Source: Octopus vulgaris (taxonomy: Eukaryota). From it: a stretch of 64,000 nt of DNA. Where the stretch lies: NCBI GenBank assembly GCA_951406725.2, contig OX597836.1:25606001-25670000 (forward strand). The letters run 5' to 3'. Shown here one piece after another: positions 43,253 to 58,097 of this stretch; position 1 is the stretch's first letter, and each line of letters starts with the position of its first letter. The notes beneath the pieces are model-generated. The model was not told where the DNA came from and searched no databases. It saw nothing but the letters and a program-made list of their open reading frames with translations. Made by a program: the position numbers and the translations under genes.

Positions 43253-43734
43253 AATGGTGGCTTTGCTGGGTGAAGGTGCTTGTCTCCCCTTTGAAAGCAT
43301 AAGGACACAGGAAATGTGTCAAGTCCAACAGGTAACGGTGTTTCCTAGGGCTAAATAACAGATGCATTTTTCCCTTTCATGGGATTGCTACATTAAGTTG
43401 ACAACAAACCATCACTTTATCGTGCTGCTACTGCATAAATCTCTCTGAGAGATTTAGAAATGTATTATTTCTATTTATTATATGGTTTGGAACTTGACCA
43501 ACGATGAAGGAATGCAAATCATCAAGCAACACCATACTTATCTTTGCGCAACCCTCTATACCTGTTGCCTGCGTATAACCATTGGCCAAATGGTTAAAAG
43601 GTTTGCGTTGCAATCATAAAGGCCGGGGTTTTGTACCATGCTGTTGCACACTGAATCAAAGACTTTTATCATAGCTTCAGGATAATCCAAGATTTGTGGG
43701 TGTATTTGGAGAGATGGAAACTGGTGAAGACATA

Positions 43735-44116
43735 GTGGAAGCACTCCGTCGGTTACGACGACGAGGGTTCCGGTTGATCCGATCAACGGAACAGCCTGCT
43801 CGTGAAATTAACGTGTAAGTGGCTGAGCACTCCACAGACACGTGTACCCTTAACGTAGTTCTCGGGGATAGTCAGCGTGACACAGAGAGTGACAAGGCCG
43901 GCCCTTTGAAATACAGGTACAACAGAAACAGGAAGTAAGAGTGAGAGAAATTGTGGTGAAAGAGTACAGCAGGGATCACCACCATCCCCTGCCGAAGCCT
44001 CGTGGAGCTTTAGGTGTTTTCACTCAATAAACACTCACAACGCCCGGTCTGGGAATCGAAACCGCGATCCTATGACCGCGAGTCCGCCGCCCTAACCACT
44101 GGGCCATTGCGCCTCC
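43735..44116 (-). mobile_element. Full-length-like SINE family C
   Basis: Reverse complement of the ggaggcgcaatggcccagtgg head; the tail ...ccctcgtcgtcgtaaccgacggagtgcttccac is shared with 51440-51770. Confidence 0.88.
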
Positions 44117-44850
44117 ACGAAGACATAGTAACAGTGATGTGTAGATGTGGGATGTTGCTTCGGTTAAAATTATAGCCGTTATGAACTTCGTTTAGGTAAG
44201 GGGTTGGGGGTAGTTTGGCAGAGAAAATAGGGAGGAGAAAATATTAATTAAAATCAAAATGAATAAACAAGAAAAGCCAAACTACGGAATATGATGACAG
44301 GAAATTGTTGAAAATATTTATAAGCAAATTCTAGAGGATGGTCATGAACGGAACGGCAACATAAGTAGGAATAATGAAGGTGAGGAAAAGATATTATACG
44401 GTGAAGTGGAAGAAGAAGAAGAAGAAGAAGGAGGAGGAGGAGGAGGAGGAGGAAGAGATGATGAAGAAGGAGGGTTGGGATGGGGTTGTGGAAGTGATCA
44501 AATAAGTGATGTCATGCACCAAAGAATGGAAGAAGAGAATGGAAGTATCGTTTCAAAATCAACTCAACAGCACTACACCCCCACCCCCCACCACCACTAC
44601 CACCACCACCACCACCACCACCATCACCATCATCACCACCATCACCACCACGTCCATCACTAACATATTTCAGCGGCTTGTCTTAATGGCGAAAGAATCA
44701 ATAACAGATCTATATAGTTATTACAAGGGATCACACAGCAATCGCATTGATCTGAGTACGGCGAAAGCCAACATCAAAGAACCACCATTCAACTCAAGAA
44801 GCAATGATTGAAATCGAAAATACAACCAACAAATAGATGGTATCGCAACC

Positions 44851-44912
<62 letters not shown>

Positions 44913-44949
44913 CATCATCATCATCATCACCACCACCACCACCACCACC

Positions 44950-45010
<61 letters not shown>

Positions 45011-45463
45011 ATCATCAACATCATCATCATCATCATCATCATTTTATTTTATTTTATTTTCTGCTTTTCTTTTTTCTCTTATTCACTCTTTGCTATCAAA
45101 TTCCTTCTCATCCTCTCCTATATATATATCCGTATCATATATATATAAACACACACATACACGCACTCATATATACAATCATACAATCATACATACACAC
45201 ATCAGTGCAGTACGGGCTTTTGTTTCTTTTATAGTAAAGATCTAAGTTAGACTTAGTGGTTTCCATTGTTAGTAAAATTACATTTCAACCCTTGGAAAGA
45301 AAAGTACACACTTTCGGTTAAACACCCGATCTTTCCTTGAGTCGAATCTCAGTACTAAGATATTGACACACACACACACACACACACACACACAACACAC
45401 ACATATATATATATATATCAAATAATTATTTCCATTATATGCAAAAGGAGACTCATTTGCATA

Positions 45464-46012
45464 TTTTTTCCTTCACATAAATACAAATTTACTCACACAC
45501 ACATACGCATACAGATGCCCTCATACAGACATTCGCATACAAATATGATTATACGTATATAGTAAAGACACCCTGTCGGTCATGAATGACCATGGGATTG
45601 CACCTAGAATGTTCCCTTCCGAGGCCCAAGCCCGGGCAAAGTTGTTTATGGAAGACCTGCAATCGCCCATGTATATCAGCCTACTCTCTCCACGCCACTG
45701 GCGTTACCCAAGGGAAAAGAAAAGGGGCCGATACAGCTTTTTTCTTTCACATTATTACAAATTTACTCACACACACATACGCATACAGATGCCCTCATAC
45801 AGACATTCGCATACAAATACGATTATACGTATATAGTAAAGACCCCTGACGGTCATGAATGACCATGGGATTGCACCTAGAATGTTCCCTTCCGAGGCCC
45901 AAGTCCGGGCAAAGTTGTTTATGGAAGACCTGCAATCGCCCATGCATACCAGCCTACTCTCTCCACGCCACTGACGTTACCCAAGGGAAAAGTAAAGGGG
46001 CCGATACAGCTT
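45464..46012. repeat. 274-bp tandem duplication containing a SINE-like 3' segment
   Basis: acaaatttactcacacacacatacgc starts at 45483 and 45757; the copies differ by only scattered substitutions. Confidence 0.92.
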
Positions 46013-47632
46013 GGCACCAGTGATATCACTGGAGCCGCGTGAAATAATGTGTCTTTTCTATACATATTTGTGCACGTACAACGATAAATCGTCGTACAAT
46101 GCAAGTGAACACTTTTTGATGCAAGTCTGACGAAGTGATGCACTCTAATGTAAAAAAAAAATCCGCAAATATTACGTAAATCTTCACATGAAATAGATAC
46201 GTAGAGTGGCGCTAAAACGGAGCTGTAACGAAACAGTTGTAGTCATTAATGATGTCCTAAAATCTTGTTTCGTCTCCTTATTTGGATTACATATTTGTAT
46301 TCAAAAATATTATGTGCACACAAGAGAGTATGTAGGAGAAAGGGAGAGAGAGAGAGAGAAAGTTGGGGAGCACAGAGTAAGTGTGTGAGAGAGAGGGAGA
46401 GTGCGGGAGCGAGACTATTTCTTTAAATCCAATTTGTTGATATAAATCCTATTGAATGAACTTATAAAACCGTTATCTGCGAATTTCTCTGCGATAGAAG
46501 GAAGCCAGTCCAGTGTCTGAAGAAGGATCCAAATCGTTAATTCCTGTTTTAATCCACAAAGCAAACGTAAGCCATGATGCAAGTTAACATAATTATTTAC
46601 ACATAGGCGCAGGAATGGCTGTGTGGTAAGAAACTTGTTTCTCAACCACATGGTTCCGAGTTCAATACAGAGGTCAAACTAATATGGACAATTTCTTTCC
46701 AGAGATAAAGCTGGGCTTGTGTTGGGTCAACACACCTATCTAGAAAAGAAAGCAAGTTACGGAAACATCGATTACAATTCAAGAGCAGGATTTGAAAAAG
46801 GAAGGTCTTCCTTTAGAGAAATATATGGACGGGATACAACAATATCCGACAGGAAGTTGCAAGGAAGAAGCATCGATCCAGTGGGGGGGGGGGGGAGAGG
46901 CAGAAAAGACAGTCCAGGATGGATAGTGGGAACAGTTTGTCTATAGGTTTATGGTCTATCTGGAGTGAAATCCTTTCTTAAAAGTAATCTGGAACTGAAC
47001 AGAAACTGAGTGGCAGGGTGCGTAAGATATTGGACTACATGTAGAGGGATCCCGGACAAGACGGTATTTTAGATTAGGTTTAATGAAGATGATCAAAGTA
47101 GGTCCAGGTTATCTGGAAATATTGATTTGCCACAGACTGGCGTCCTTTCCGGAGAGAAATTTGCCACTCAGCCACTTTAAGCAAGGAAATTGTTTCCAAG
47201 AGCCGGCAGGTAGGTATCTCGCGTGATTAACGGGACATTTATCTTCACAGTTTAACACCTACCCAGACCGACTCAACATCACAAATACAGGGTGGGGGTG
47301 CTGGAAAGTTCCTAGCTTTGGATAAAACAAAAAACAGGAGGATCAACTTAATTATAATTTCATTCAACAGATTTCCCTCTCAGATTCACACACTTATTGC
47401 AGCGGTCCTTTAGTTTTTCAAAGCCCCGGAAAAGAACTCGGAGGTTGAACCTCCAACCAAGTCTTTCGTGATACCCTTAAAACTAGTAACTTTTCAGCAT
47501 CCCCTCGTATCTCCATTACTATCCATAATAAAAATACCAATGATCTACTAATGCTAAATCAATCGACTCTATCCAGATCAATAACAAAATTAGTCTTCGC
47601 CTGTAAACAAATCCTTATTACAGGAATGTAAT

Positions 47633-48300
47633 GCGGCGAGCTGGCAGAATCGTTAGCACGCCGGGCGAAATGCATAGCTGTATATCGTCTGCCGTTACGT
47701 CCTGAGTTCAAATTCCGCCAAGGTCGACTTTGCCTTTCATCCTTTCGAGGTCGATAAATTAAGTACCAGTTACGCACTGGAGTCGATGTAATCAACTTAA
47801 TCCCTTTGCCTGTCCTTGTTTGTCCCCTCTATGTTTAGCTCCTTGAGGGCAATAAACAAGTAAGGAATGTAAGGCGGTGAGCCGGCAGAATCGTTAGAGC
47901 ACCGGAATAAACTACTTAGAGCATTTTTTCCGGTTACCTTGTTTTTGACGTTCTGAGTTCAAATCTCGTAGAGGTCGGCTTTGTTTGGTAAAATAAAATA
48001 CCAGCTGTAGATTATATCTGCTTACATCCGCCCTTCAAAATTACTGGTTTTCTGTCTAAATCAGAAAACATAATTGAAGAAACTGGCCGAACCGTTAAAG
48101 AGTCAGACAAAATGTAGTATTTCCTCCGTGTTTCTCTTTTTTTTTTCTTTACATTTTGAGTTCAAATCACGTTGAGGTCATCTTTGACTTTTATCCTTTC
48201 GGGGCAATAAAATAAAATGCCAGTTCAGTAAGGAATTGTCATAATTAGTCGATTGAATCCCTTTCCTCCTAAGATTGCTGGCCTAGTGCTTCAACCGGAA
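47633..48300 (+). mobile_element. Three consecutive family A SINEs of increasing divergence
   Basis: Heads at ~47633, ~47872 and ~48080, each with gagttcaaat. Further copies at 49707-49915, 57665-57885, 58857-59070 and 59885-60105. Confidence 0.8.
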
Positions 48301-51089
48301 ACAGTTATCGATGGATATATCCGCTTATATGTGTACGTACGTACGTATGTATGTATGTATGTATGTATGTATGTATGTATGTATGTATGTATGTATGTAT
48401 GTATGTATGTATGTATGTATGTATGTATGTATGTATGTATGTATGTATGTATGTATGTATGTATGTATGTATGTATGTATGTATGTATGTGTGTATATAT
48501 GTATATGTGTATGTACTTAAAGTATACATATACACACCGACGTGCGTATGCCTATATATATTCATATGTATGGTTTAATTCTCTATGAGTGAATATTTGT
48601 GTGAGCATGTGCGCGCACACGTGTATGTTTGTGTGTGTCTGTGTGTCCGTGTGTGCCTGTGCGTGTGATTAGCCATGTGATAATGTGCTTTTCTAAATCC
48701 CAGTCCAATACCACCATAACTACAACGACGACGACGATGACCACCACCACCACCACCACCACCACCACTACCACCCTTCATACTATAAAACAGCAAATCC
48801 TTTTGGCAGACACCATGTCCATTCCCTGGTCACTACCGCTGTAACCAGTAAGCCACAGCGTAGCAACTTACTAACATGATGCGATATCAAATGATGATTC
48901 CTGTTATTCCGCTTTGTAAATAGATACGAGTAAAGTGTTCTTGTGTGATAACCAATCGATATGGTATTTAGGTCGATGGTCGCTATTGGCATTCATGCGC
49001 TGGTAATAGACTCCATTACTCTGTAAAGAGTTGTACTGGATTTGTTGCAAGAGACGAAGCAGGCGATACACTCCAATGGTCACCATCACTGCTTTGTGTA
49101 TGTAGTACTGTGGTGTATCGTTATGACTGAATCCGTTTCGGTATGGAATAGATTTGTTGTGGATTTCCACTGCTGTTAGTGTGGCTGTAGTTGCTTATAG
49201 TCAGGTCTACTCAGATCGAACAGACTTGTAATTAAATGCTTTCCAGCCGTGACCTTTTCGTTTATTTTTGTATAGCAGGGATTTACATTGGATAATGTGG
49301 CCTTCCATTCAAGAAAGAAGTGTTAATATGGCGAGATGAAACCTATTGTTGTTAAGAGAAAGGCCAGTGTTGCAATAGTTATTTAGTTTTAGGCTAGTCA
49401 TTATTAAATAAGGCGTTCTATCTCTGACCATCCCGCCTTTTATACAAACAATGTATGTAACATTATCTAACGTGTCTTGCAATTTTTAAAAGTAGGAAAA
49501 TTTAAGGAAGAGTGGTGGGTATTGCCAGAAGGTGAGGGCAACCATATTGTGGTGAGGGAAACATGTATAAAATGTGGGGTAAAACATGTATGATAAAACA
49601 AGTTTATATGTGTGTTTAGCATATAGGGTAGAACATATAGTATAGAACATGTATAAACGTGCGGCAAGACATGTATAGATGAGATGGAACATGTTTAGAA
49701 AAGTTTGCACGCCGGGCGAAATGCTTAGCGGTATTTCGTCTGCCGCTACGTTCTGAGTTCAAATTCCGCCGAGGTCGACTTTGCCTTTTATCCTTTCGGA
49801 GTCGATTAAATAAGTAACAGTTACGCACTGGGGTCGATATAATCGACTTAATCACTTTGTCTGTCCTTGTTTGTCCCCTCTGTGTGTAGCCCCTTGTGGG
49901 CAGTAAAGAAATAAGATATGTGTTATATTGGCATAAATGTGAGGCGAAAGCTGTATGAATATGAGAAGACATACTCTGATATAAAACCGGAAGAACGTCT
50001 AGCTTCTGGTGATCTCAGCCACCAGGAGATCAGCTGTTCTTTCTGAACTGTGAATGCAGTTCTCTGTGCGCTTTACTCATTATGATCAATTTGACACGCA
50101 AGAAACTTTTTTTGGAAAACACGCACAAGCTGAAAGCCCTGATGCGAAATGAAGGAGTGGAACATAACATCCAATTTTGATCAGCTGGAAGAACGGAATG
50201 ACAAACCTGTACGTAGGCAGCTTGGGATATTGGTTGCTTGTTTTACAAACTTTGGCGATGCAGAGATTTGGCAGCAGCACGAGTGGCTAGAAAGCCCTTT
50301 CTGGGGATAACTCTGATTGCCTGTGAACCAGAAAGGACTAAGGAAAGGTGGTATAATTCTGGAACTGGTAAGCGACCCTGCGACTGGTAGTAGTTTGATT
50401 TTGCAGGCCTTTGAAGTAACATTGAAGAAATTTAACAATTTACCAAGAATTGGTCGCACTCGGACACGTGCTGACTTCCACAAGAAAGAAGGGAAAAAAG
50501 AAAGAAAGAAAGGTATAGGTGTAAGGCTCTTTGCAACCATGTAGTCCCGAGTTTGATCCCACTTACAGTCCAGAACATTGGTCACATGTCCAAAGCCATA
50601 GTCTCGACTAATCAATACATTTTGAGTGGAATTTGAAAGACTGATGTTCAGCAGTAATCCCACGAGTTGTGGAGGTGAGTGGAGAGAGAAAGAGAGAGAG
50701 TGGGGAGAGAAAAAGAGAGGAAGAGAGAGAGAACAAGAGAGAGCGAAAGGAAAAGCATGAGATTCGTTCATAATACAAATGATTAGTATAAGTTTCAGAG
50801 AATTAAAACTAATCAAGACGTTTCGAATGTATTTACTTCTTCGGGTTATATAGTTGGAGTGCTATGGCAGAATGAAAACATAGGAGAATATATATCACAG
50901 AAAGGGAAATAGTCAAGCGGACTGTTTAATTAGTCGCTATTCCTTGATGATCTGAGCGTAGTGAGACACATCTGCTGTTTAAAGGCAAGGCAACGAATGG
51001 GAGCGAAGTGTCTAATAAGTTCTTGTGTGTGTGTGTGTGTTAAGATAAGTGCGCGAGTGTGTAGAAGAGTAGTATCGTCTGTGTGAGTG

Positions 51090-51142
<53 letters not shown>

Positions 51143-51838
51143 TACGTATGTGCGTGTGTGTGTCTGTATGAGTGTGTGTAGTTCTGTATTTATCGCGCTG
51201 TATATGTGTGTTTGTCGCGTCCGTTGTTTTCAAGTGTGGTGTTCATGTACGAAAGGTCAGTGGACTTTAGCCAGTGGCTACGAGTTTGTGTACAAGTTAC
51301 GTGCATAAGTGTGTTTATAAACATTTTCAGTGCAACGTGTGTTAAGTGTGTGTGTGTGCGTGCACATGCGTGCGGTTGAATTCTGTGGATATTTGATGGG
51401 ATTTCCGTAAGTATATGTTTATATACATGTGTGTCGAGGCGGAGGTGCGTGGCTTAGTGGTTAGGGTGTTAAACCCATGATCATAAGATTGCAATTTCAA
51501 TTCATAGACAGGTCGACGCGTTGTGTCCTTGAGCAAAACACTTCATTCCACGTTGCTCCAGTCCACTCAGCTGGCAAAAAGGAGTTGTACCTGGAATTCA
51601 AAGGACCAGCTTTGTTACATTCAGTGTCACACTGAATCTCCCTGAGAACTACGTCAATGGAACGCATGTCTGCGGAGTGCTCAGCCACTTTCGCGTTAAT
51701 TTCACGAGCAAGCTATTTCGTTGGTCGGATCAACTAGAATCCTCATCGTCGCAACCGACGGAGTTCCACTTAATTCGTGGGCGTGTGCTTGTTCCAATAC
51801 TGCACGTATGGGAATGATTACATGTGTGTATAAATATT

Positions 51839-51885
<47 letters not shown>

Positions 51886-52281
51886 CCGAGCGTGTGTGTG
51901 TCTGTGCTTGTGTGTTTGCGTGCGTGTGTATGTCCGTCGATACGAAGGCGCGCGTGTACCTATGATGGAACTGCATGTGCACGTGTACTTGTGTGTGTGT
52001 GTGTGTGTATACATATATATACATGTATATGTATGTGTATGTGCGTGGGCGTGTAAGTCGGTTGATTTCATCTGTGTATGCATGCGTGCGTGTGCGCGCT
52101 GTGCATGCTTGCCTGTGTGTGAGTGCGTGAATGTGTGTGTGTGGGCGGGTCTGTGCACGTGCTGCAACAGTGCGTATGCGTACATTTTCTTGTATGTGAA
52201 TGAAAGCTTTGTGTATCTGCATGTGTGTGTGCACATGTATATGTATGTATAGAATCAATGAGTATGTGTATGTGTATGGTG

Positions 52282-52312
<31 letters not shown>

Positions 52313-52831
52313 GGTGTGTGGGGTGGCAATGGCGGAAGTGCTAGATTAATCTGTTTATGTCCACGCTCTAAAAACCGTTGCAGTTTACGCTAATGTCCCT
52401 TATGTATCGTAAACTTTTACAACAAAAAACCAGAGATCGATAAATAAATACTAAATTGATAGAAGTACTTGGGGTCGATACACTAGCGTAGAGGAAAGGG
52501 AGCAAGGGCGGCGGACCACCACCTTGTGTTGCTGTTCTGAGGGACCAGATCTCTTATATGTATTTCATGTTGCGATTTCTGTGGGTGTGGGTAGCAAACC
52601 TACGGCAGACAACCTCGGAATGCCCCAGGCAGTCCCAGACATTCCTGGACACTTCCTGACAGTCCGAAGCATTCCATTACACCTCCGAAGAGCTACTGAT
52701 AGTTACGGACAACCATGGGTATCCCTGCACGGCACCAACTCTAGATATGACACTGGGATAATAATGTCCAGTGAAACACCCCGATACACTGCACCGGCAT
52801 GACCGAGAGCAGTAGGATATCAAAAGAGAAA

Positions 52832-52866
<35 letters not shown>

Positions 52867-53299
52867 AACGTGAGTAACCTAGTGGCTCATGATTGTAAGG
52901 TCGTGGTTTCGATTTTTCGATTGGGCAGCAGATTGCGTTCTTGAGCAAGGTATTTCTTTCTTCAATACTCCAGTGCAAATATCAGAAAATGAGAATCTGA
53001 TGAGTGATGATACATCACTGGTTCTCTCTCTCTCCCTCTCTCTTTCTTTCTCCCCCCTCGCTCTTTCTCTCTCTCTCTCTCTCTCTCTCCCTCTCTCTCT
53101 CTTCGGCTGTTACATACTTGATGGATCAGGGGTAGGAGTAGCGAAAGGATGTGTATGACTGATTGCGATCGATTACATAAGTATCTCTTAAACGATTAGG
53201 GAAAAAGCGTGGTACATATTGCGTGGAACGGCTCGGCTTTTGGGGGAAATATACAAACGTTTATCCTGGAATAAGCGTAGATATTTTCCCCTGTGATTG

Positions 53300-53792
53300 A
53301 ATACATCCACAACAACACAATGAATACTGGTGGAACATTCCCATCAAAACATCTGTCAAATGTAAGATTAACAGGCCTGATATTGTTGTTTGGGACAGCA
53401 AGAATGAGTATATACCGTCAAAGAGGTCAGCTGTCTCGCTGAGGTGAATAACACTTTGAAATCAGAGAAAGAGGATTACTATGCACAACTGCTTTGAAAC
53501 ATCCAGCTTCTATGTCCGGAATATAAATTCGGATATATACCAATAATAATTGGTGCACTTGGCTTTATGAGCAACTGCCTAAGGGACAATCTGAATAAGA
53601 TGGAGATCTGAGAAAATGACAACCAACTAACTCTCAAATTACAAACACAAACTATAAGTGGAACAGTAAAGATATGCAAGACTTTTCTCAAGTTTAAGAT
53701 CTGAACTAGTTGTCTACATTCCAACGATGGAGCTTTATATCTTTGTTAGAAAGCAGCCCCTTTTTCAGAGGAAGAATTTAAATAATTGGAAG
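53300..53792 (+). mobile_element. 3' end of an R4/Dong-type non-LTR element with restriction-like endonuclease domain, abutting (TACA)n
   Basis: EYWWNIPIKTSVKCKINRPDIVVWD...EVSC...EKEDYY...IPIIIGALG...ISGTVKICKTFLKF-stop (53702-53704), showing the PD-(D/E)xK-type RLE signature. Confidence 0.85.
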
Positions 53793-53977
53793 CATACATA
53801 CATACATACATGCATACATACATACATACATACATACATACATACATACATACATACATACATACATACATACATAAATATATACATACATATATATACA
53901 TATAGCTGCAATCGAAATGACTGAAACAGTTAAAAGAATAAAAGACTATACCACACACACATATACATATATGTATA

Positions 53978-54023
<46 letters not shown>

Positions 54024-54058
54024 TGTCTATCTATATATCATCTCTGTCTGTCTATCTA

Positions 54059-54110
<52 letters not shown>

Positions 54111-54557
54111 AGCATACATAAATATATATTGGGGCGGAGTGTATGCGTGTGTGTGTAGACGCACGTGTCCTGGTAGTTAATAAGCTGCTTTCACGCAAGA
54201 TGGTGATTGCGATTCCCAAACCAGAGGTGTGTTGTGTTTTTGATCATAAACACTTCATTTTACGTTGTCCCAGTCTACTCAGAACAGAGACGAAAATGTG
54301 TTACCCGGCGATGGACTCGAGTTCCATCGTGGGGACATGCTGGCCTGCCCTCCCAGCCAACTCATACATATGTATGTATGTATGTATTTATGTATGAATG
54401 TATGTATGTTCTTGTGTGTATGTGTATGTATGTATGTATGTATGTATGTATGTATGTATGTGCATGTGTGTGTATGTATTTAGGTTCGTATGTAAGTGTA
54501 TGTATGTATGTATGTGGATGTGTGGGTGTATGGGTGTATGTATGTATATATGTATGC

Positions 54558-54603
<46 letters not shown>

Positions 54604-55011
54604 ATGCATCTATGCATATATGTTTGGATGTGTTTGTATATTTATGCATGTATGTATGAATGTATGTATGCATGCATGTGTGTGTGTGTGTGTTTGTGTG
54701 TGCGTGTGTGTGTGTGTGTGTCTAACCTAACACGTGTAAACAACAAGTGATCGGCAAATACAGATCGATCTCACGAACGGGGAGTCATGATTGGCACCAT
54801 GTATGAGGGCTGAGGTACCTCGTCAATGTATCTTACTTTTAGTACTTTTATGACAACAGGAAACAGTAATAAGAATGTCAACATCAACAACAACAACAAC
54901 AACAGCAACGCTATTGGTGACTGACCACCACCACCATGATGAAGATGCGGTTCCGGGTATCAAGAGCCGGGATAATGCTTATATATAAATGCATATATAT
55001 ATATCTAGGTA

Positions 55012-55131
<120 letters not shown>

Positions 55132-55169
55132 GCAGCGACAAAGGAAGGCACTCAGCTGAACAGACAGGC

Positions 55170-55232
<63 letters not shown>

Positions 55233-55237
55233 CAGAT

Positions 55238-55294
<57 letters not shown>

Positions 55295-55352
55295 CGGATG
55301 GACAGACAGATAGACAGACAGACAGACGGACGGACGGACGGACGGACGGACG

Positions 55353-55451
<99 letters not shown>

Positions 55452-55465
55452 GGATGGTGACTTAC

Positions 55466-55564
55466 CTTGTCTCTCAACTCTACGTCTGTCCCATTGTCCA
55501 GCAGTAACTGTATAATATCAATGTTGCCTTCGGCTGCTGCCCAATGCAGTGCAGTTCTGTCGAG
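55466..55564 (-). CDS. Internal coding exon (99 bp, phase 0) encoding one ankyrin repeat of an ANKDD1A-like ankyrin repeat/death domain protein
   Basis: Minus strand reads ttcttctgtttggcag|CTC...AAG|gtaagt and translates to LDRTALHWAAAEGNIDIIQLLLDNGTDVELRDK (33 aa, TALHxAA..G..L ankyrin consensus). It resembles my recollection of the ANKDD1A repeat 'GRVALHWAAGAGH...VDEED'. Confidence 0.92.
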
Positions 55565-55831
55565 CTGCCAAACAGAAGAAGAGTTCATGTTGAGTTGACA
55601 GGGGGGAAAATAACGGGACATGTTGTGAGAGTGGACTGTGGGAGATGGAACGGCTGGCAAACGGGGTAGGGGTGGGGTGGGGTTGGACAGAGAGAAGGAG
55701 AGAGAGAGAGAGAGAGAGAAGGAGAGATGATAATGATGATGAAAGAGTTAGAGATGATGAGGAGAGGAGAGGAAATATGTGTGTTAGAGAAAGAGAAAGA
55801 GGGGGTGGGGAGAAGAGAAGGGTGGGTGGTG

Positions 55832-55902
<71 letters not shown>

Positions 55903-56094
55903 AGAGGGAAGGAAAGTGTGTTTGGTTTTTGTAAGGGTGATGCAGAGTGTGAGTGTGAGTGTGTGTGAGCGGGTGAATGTGAGGGGGGTGCATTGTAGAA
56001 AAAGAAAGAGAGAGAAAAAGAGAGGTACAGCCTTGCTATGCGTTCACACACGCGCGCACCCACTCACGCATGTGTTTGCATGTATGCATGCATG

Positions 56095-56147
<53 letters not shown>

Positions 56148-56464
56148 GGATCTAAGGAGATAGAGAGGGAGAGACCGGGCGAGCGAGGCAGAGAGAAAGA
56201 GAGAGAGAGAAAGAGAGAGGGACAGAGAGAGAGAGAGAGAGAGAAAGGAGAAGGAAAGAAAGGAAAAGAGTATTAAGATCGTTGGATAGTTTCGTTGTGA
56301 GACACATGCACTCACAGACTGACACACACACACACTCATTTCTAAACTTATATATATCATCATTATCCACAAACATAACCACTTGCATACACATACATAC
56401 ACACACACACACCTATACACACGAACGCACCCTCCATACATACATACATACATAGATGTGTATG

Positions 56465-56562
<98 letters not shown>

Positions 56563-56567
56563 TATAT

Positions 56568-56604
<37 letters not shown>

Positions 56605-56814
56605 CACAAAGTATATATGTATGTATGTATGTATGTATGGATGGCTGGATGGATGGATGGATGGATGGGAGGTAGGGTAGGGAGGGCAGGGTGTGTGTGT
56701 GGCCGGTTTCATGGTGGGGGAATAGTTTTCTTATTATTGGTCCATTCCTCTCTCTCTCTCTCTTCCTTCAGCTTTACCAATTCCTTCCCAAGTCAATAGC
56801 CATTATGCATGCAC

Positions 56815-56866
<52 letters not shown>

Positions 56867-56962
56867 TACACAGACGCATGCGCTTAAACACACACACACA
56901 CAGGCACACAACGGAATACGATGCATCGTACTTACAGACACTCGTACACCATGCTATGTATG

Positions 56963-57003
<41 letters not shown>

Positions 57004-57369
57004 GTATGTATGTGTTTATGTGTGCATGTATGTGTGTATTTATGAGTGTGTGTGTGTGTGTACGTATGTATATGCAAAGCAAAACAAAAATGTTATTCAT
57101 TCGACCTGAAGTACGTACAACTTACGCACACACACAAAGGGTTATGCACAAGCAAACACACACACACACGCACACACTCACACACACACTCACACACACA
57201 CACACACACCAATGCTCACATACATAGAATTATACACACACACACACACGCGTGCTCGTTACTTTCACAGTTATGATATTCACATCGAGTGGACGTTTTT
57301 AATGTTTGAAAACACTTCACGAACAAATGAAAATGGAGCAGACAGCAGCAGCAGCAGTAGCAACAACAA

Positions 57370-57400
<31 letters not shown>

Positions 57401-57624
57401 AACAACAGCAACTGCAACAACAGCAGCAGGGATAACGGCATAAGAAGATCAACATTAAACGCAACAACCATAACAACAATAGCGATGACAACAACAACAA
57501 CAACAATAAGAACAACAGCAACAACAACAGCAGCAGTTGCAACAATAACATCAACGACCACATGAACAATATCAAGAACAATGAAAACAATTGCAAACAG
57601 TGGAACAACATGAACAATTATCTC

Positions 57625-57660
<36 letters not shown>

Positions 57661-57883
57661 AATACTTTCTACTAAAGGCATAAGGCCGGAAATTTGTGGG
57701 GGAAAGGGACTGACTAATCGATTATGTCGACCCCCAGTGCTTCGCTGGTACTTTATTCATCGACCCCCGCAAGGATGAAAAGCAAAGTCAGCCCAGGCGG
57801 AATCTGAACTCAGAACATAAAAACGGACGATAACGCCGCTAAGCATTGTGTAGAGCGTACTGACGATTCTGCTTGCTCGCCGC

Positions 57884-58017
<134 letters not shown>

Positions 58018-58022
58018 TGATG

Positions 58023-58093
<71 letters not shown>

Positions 58094-58097
<4 letters not shown>

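Noticed and set aside
52997-53025. CTGATGA followed by the hairpin gtgatg/catcac
   Set aside because: No GAAA or stem III follows. Similar incomplete matches at ~5170, 18320-18365, 37500-37550, 46127, 46518 and 50815-50850 lack stem I or core bases and were not counted.
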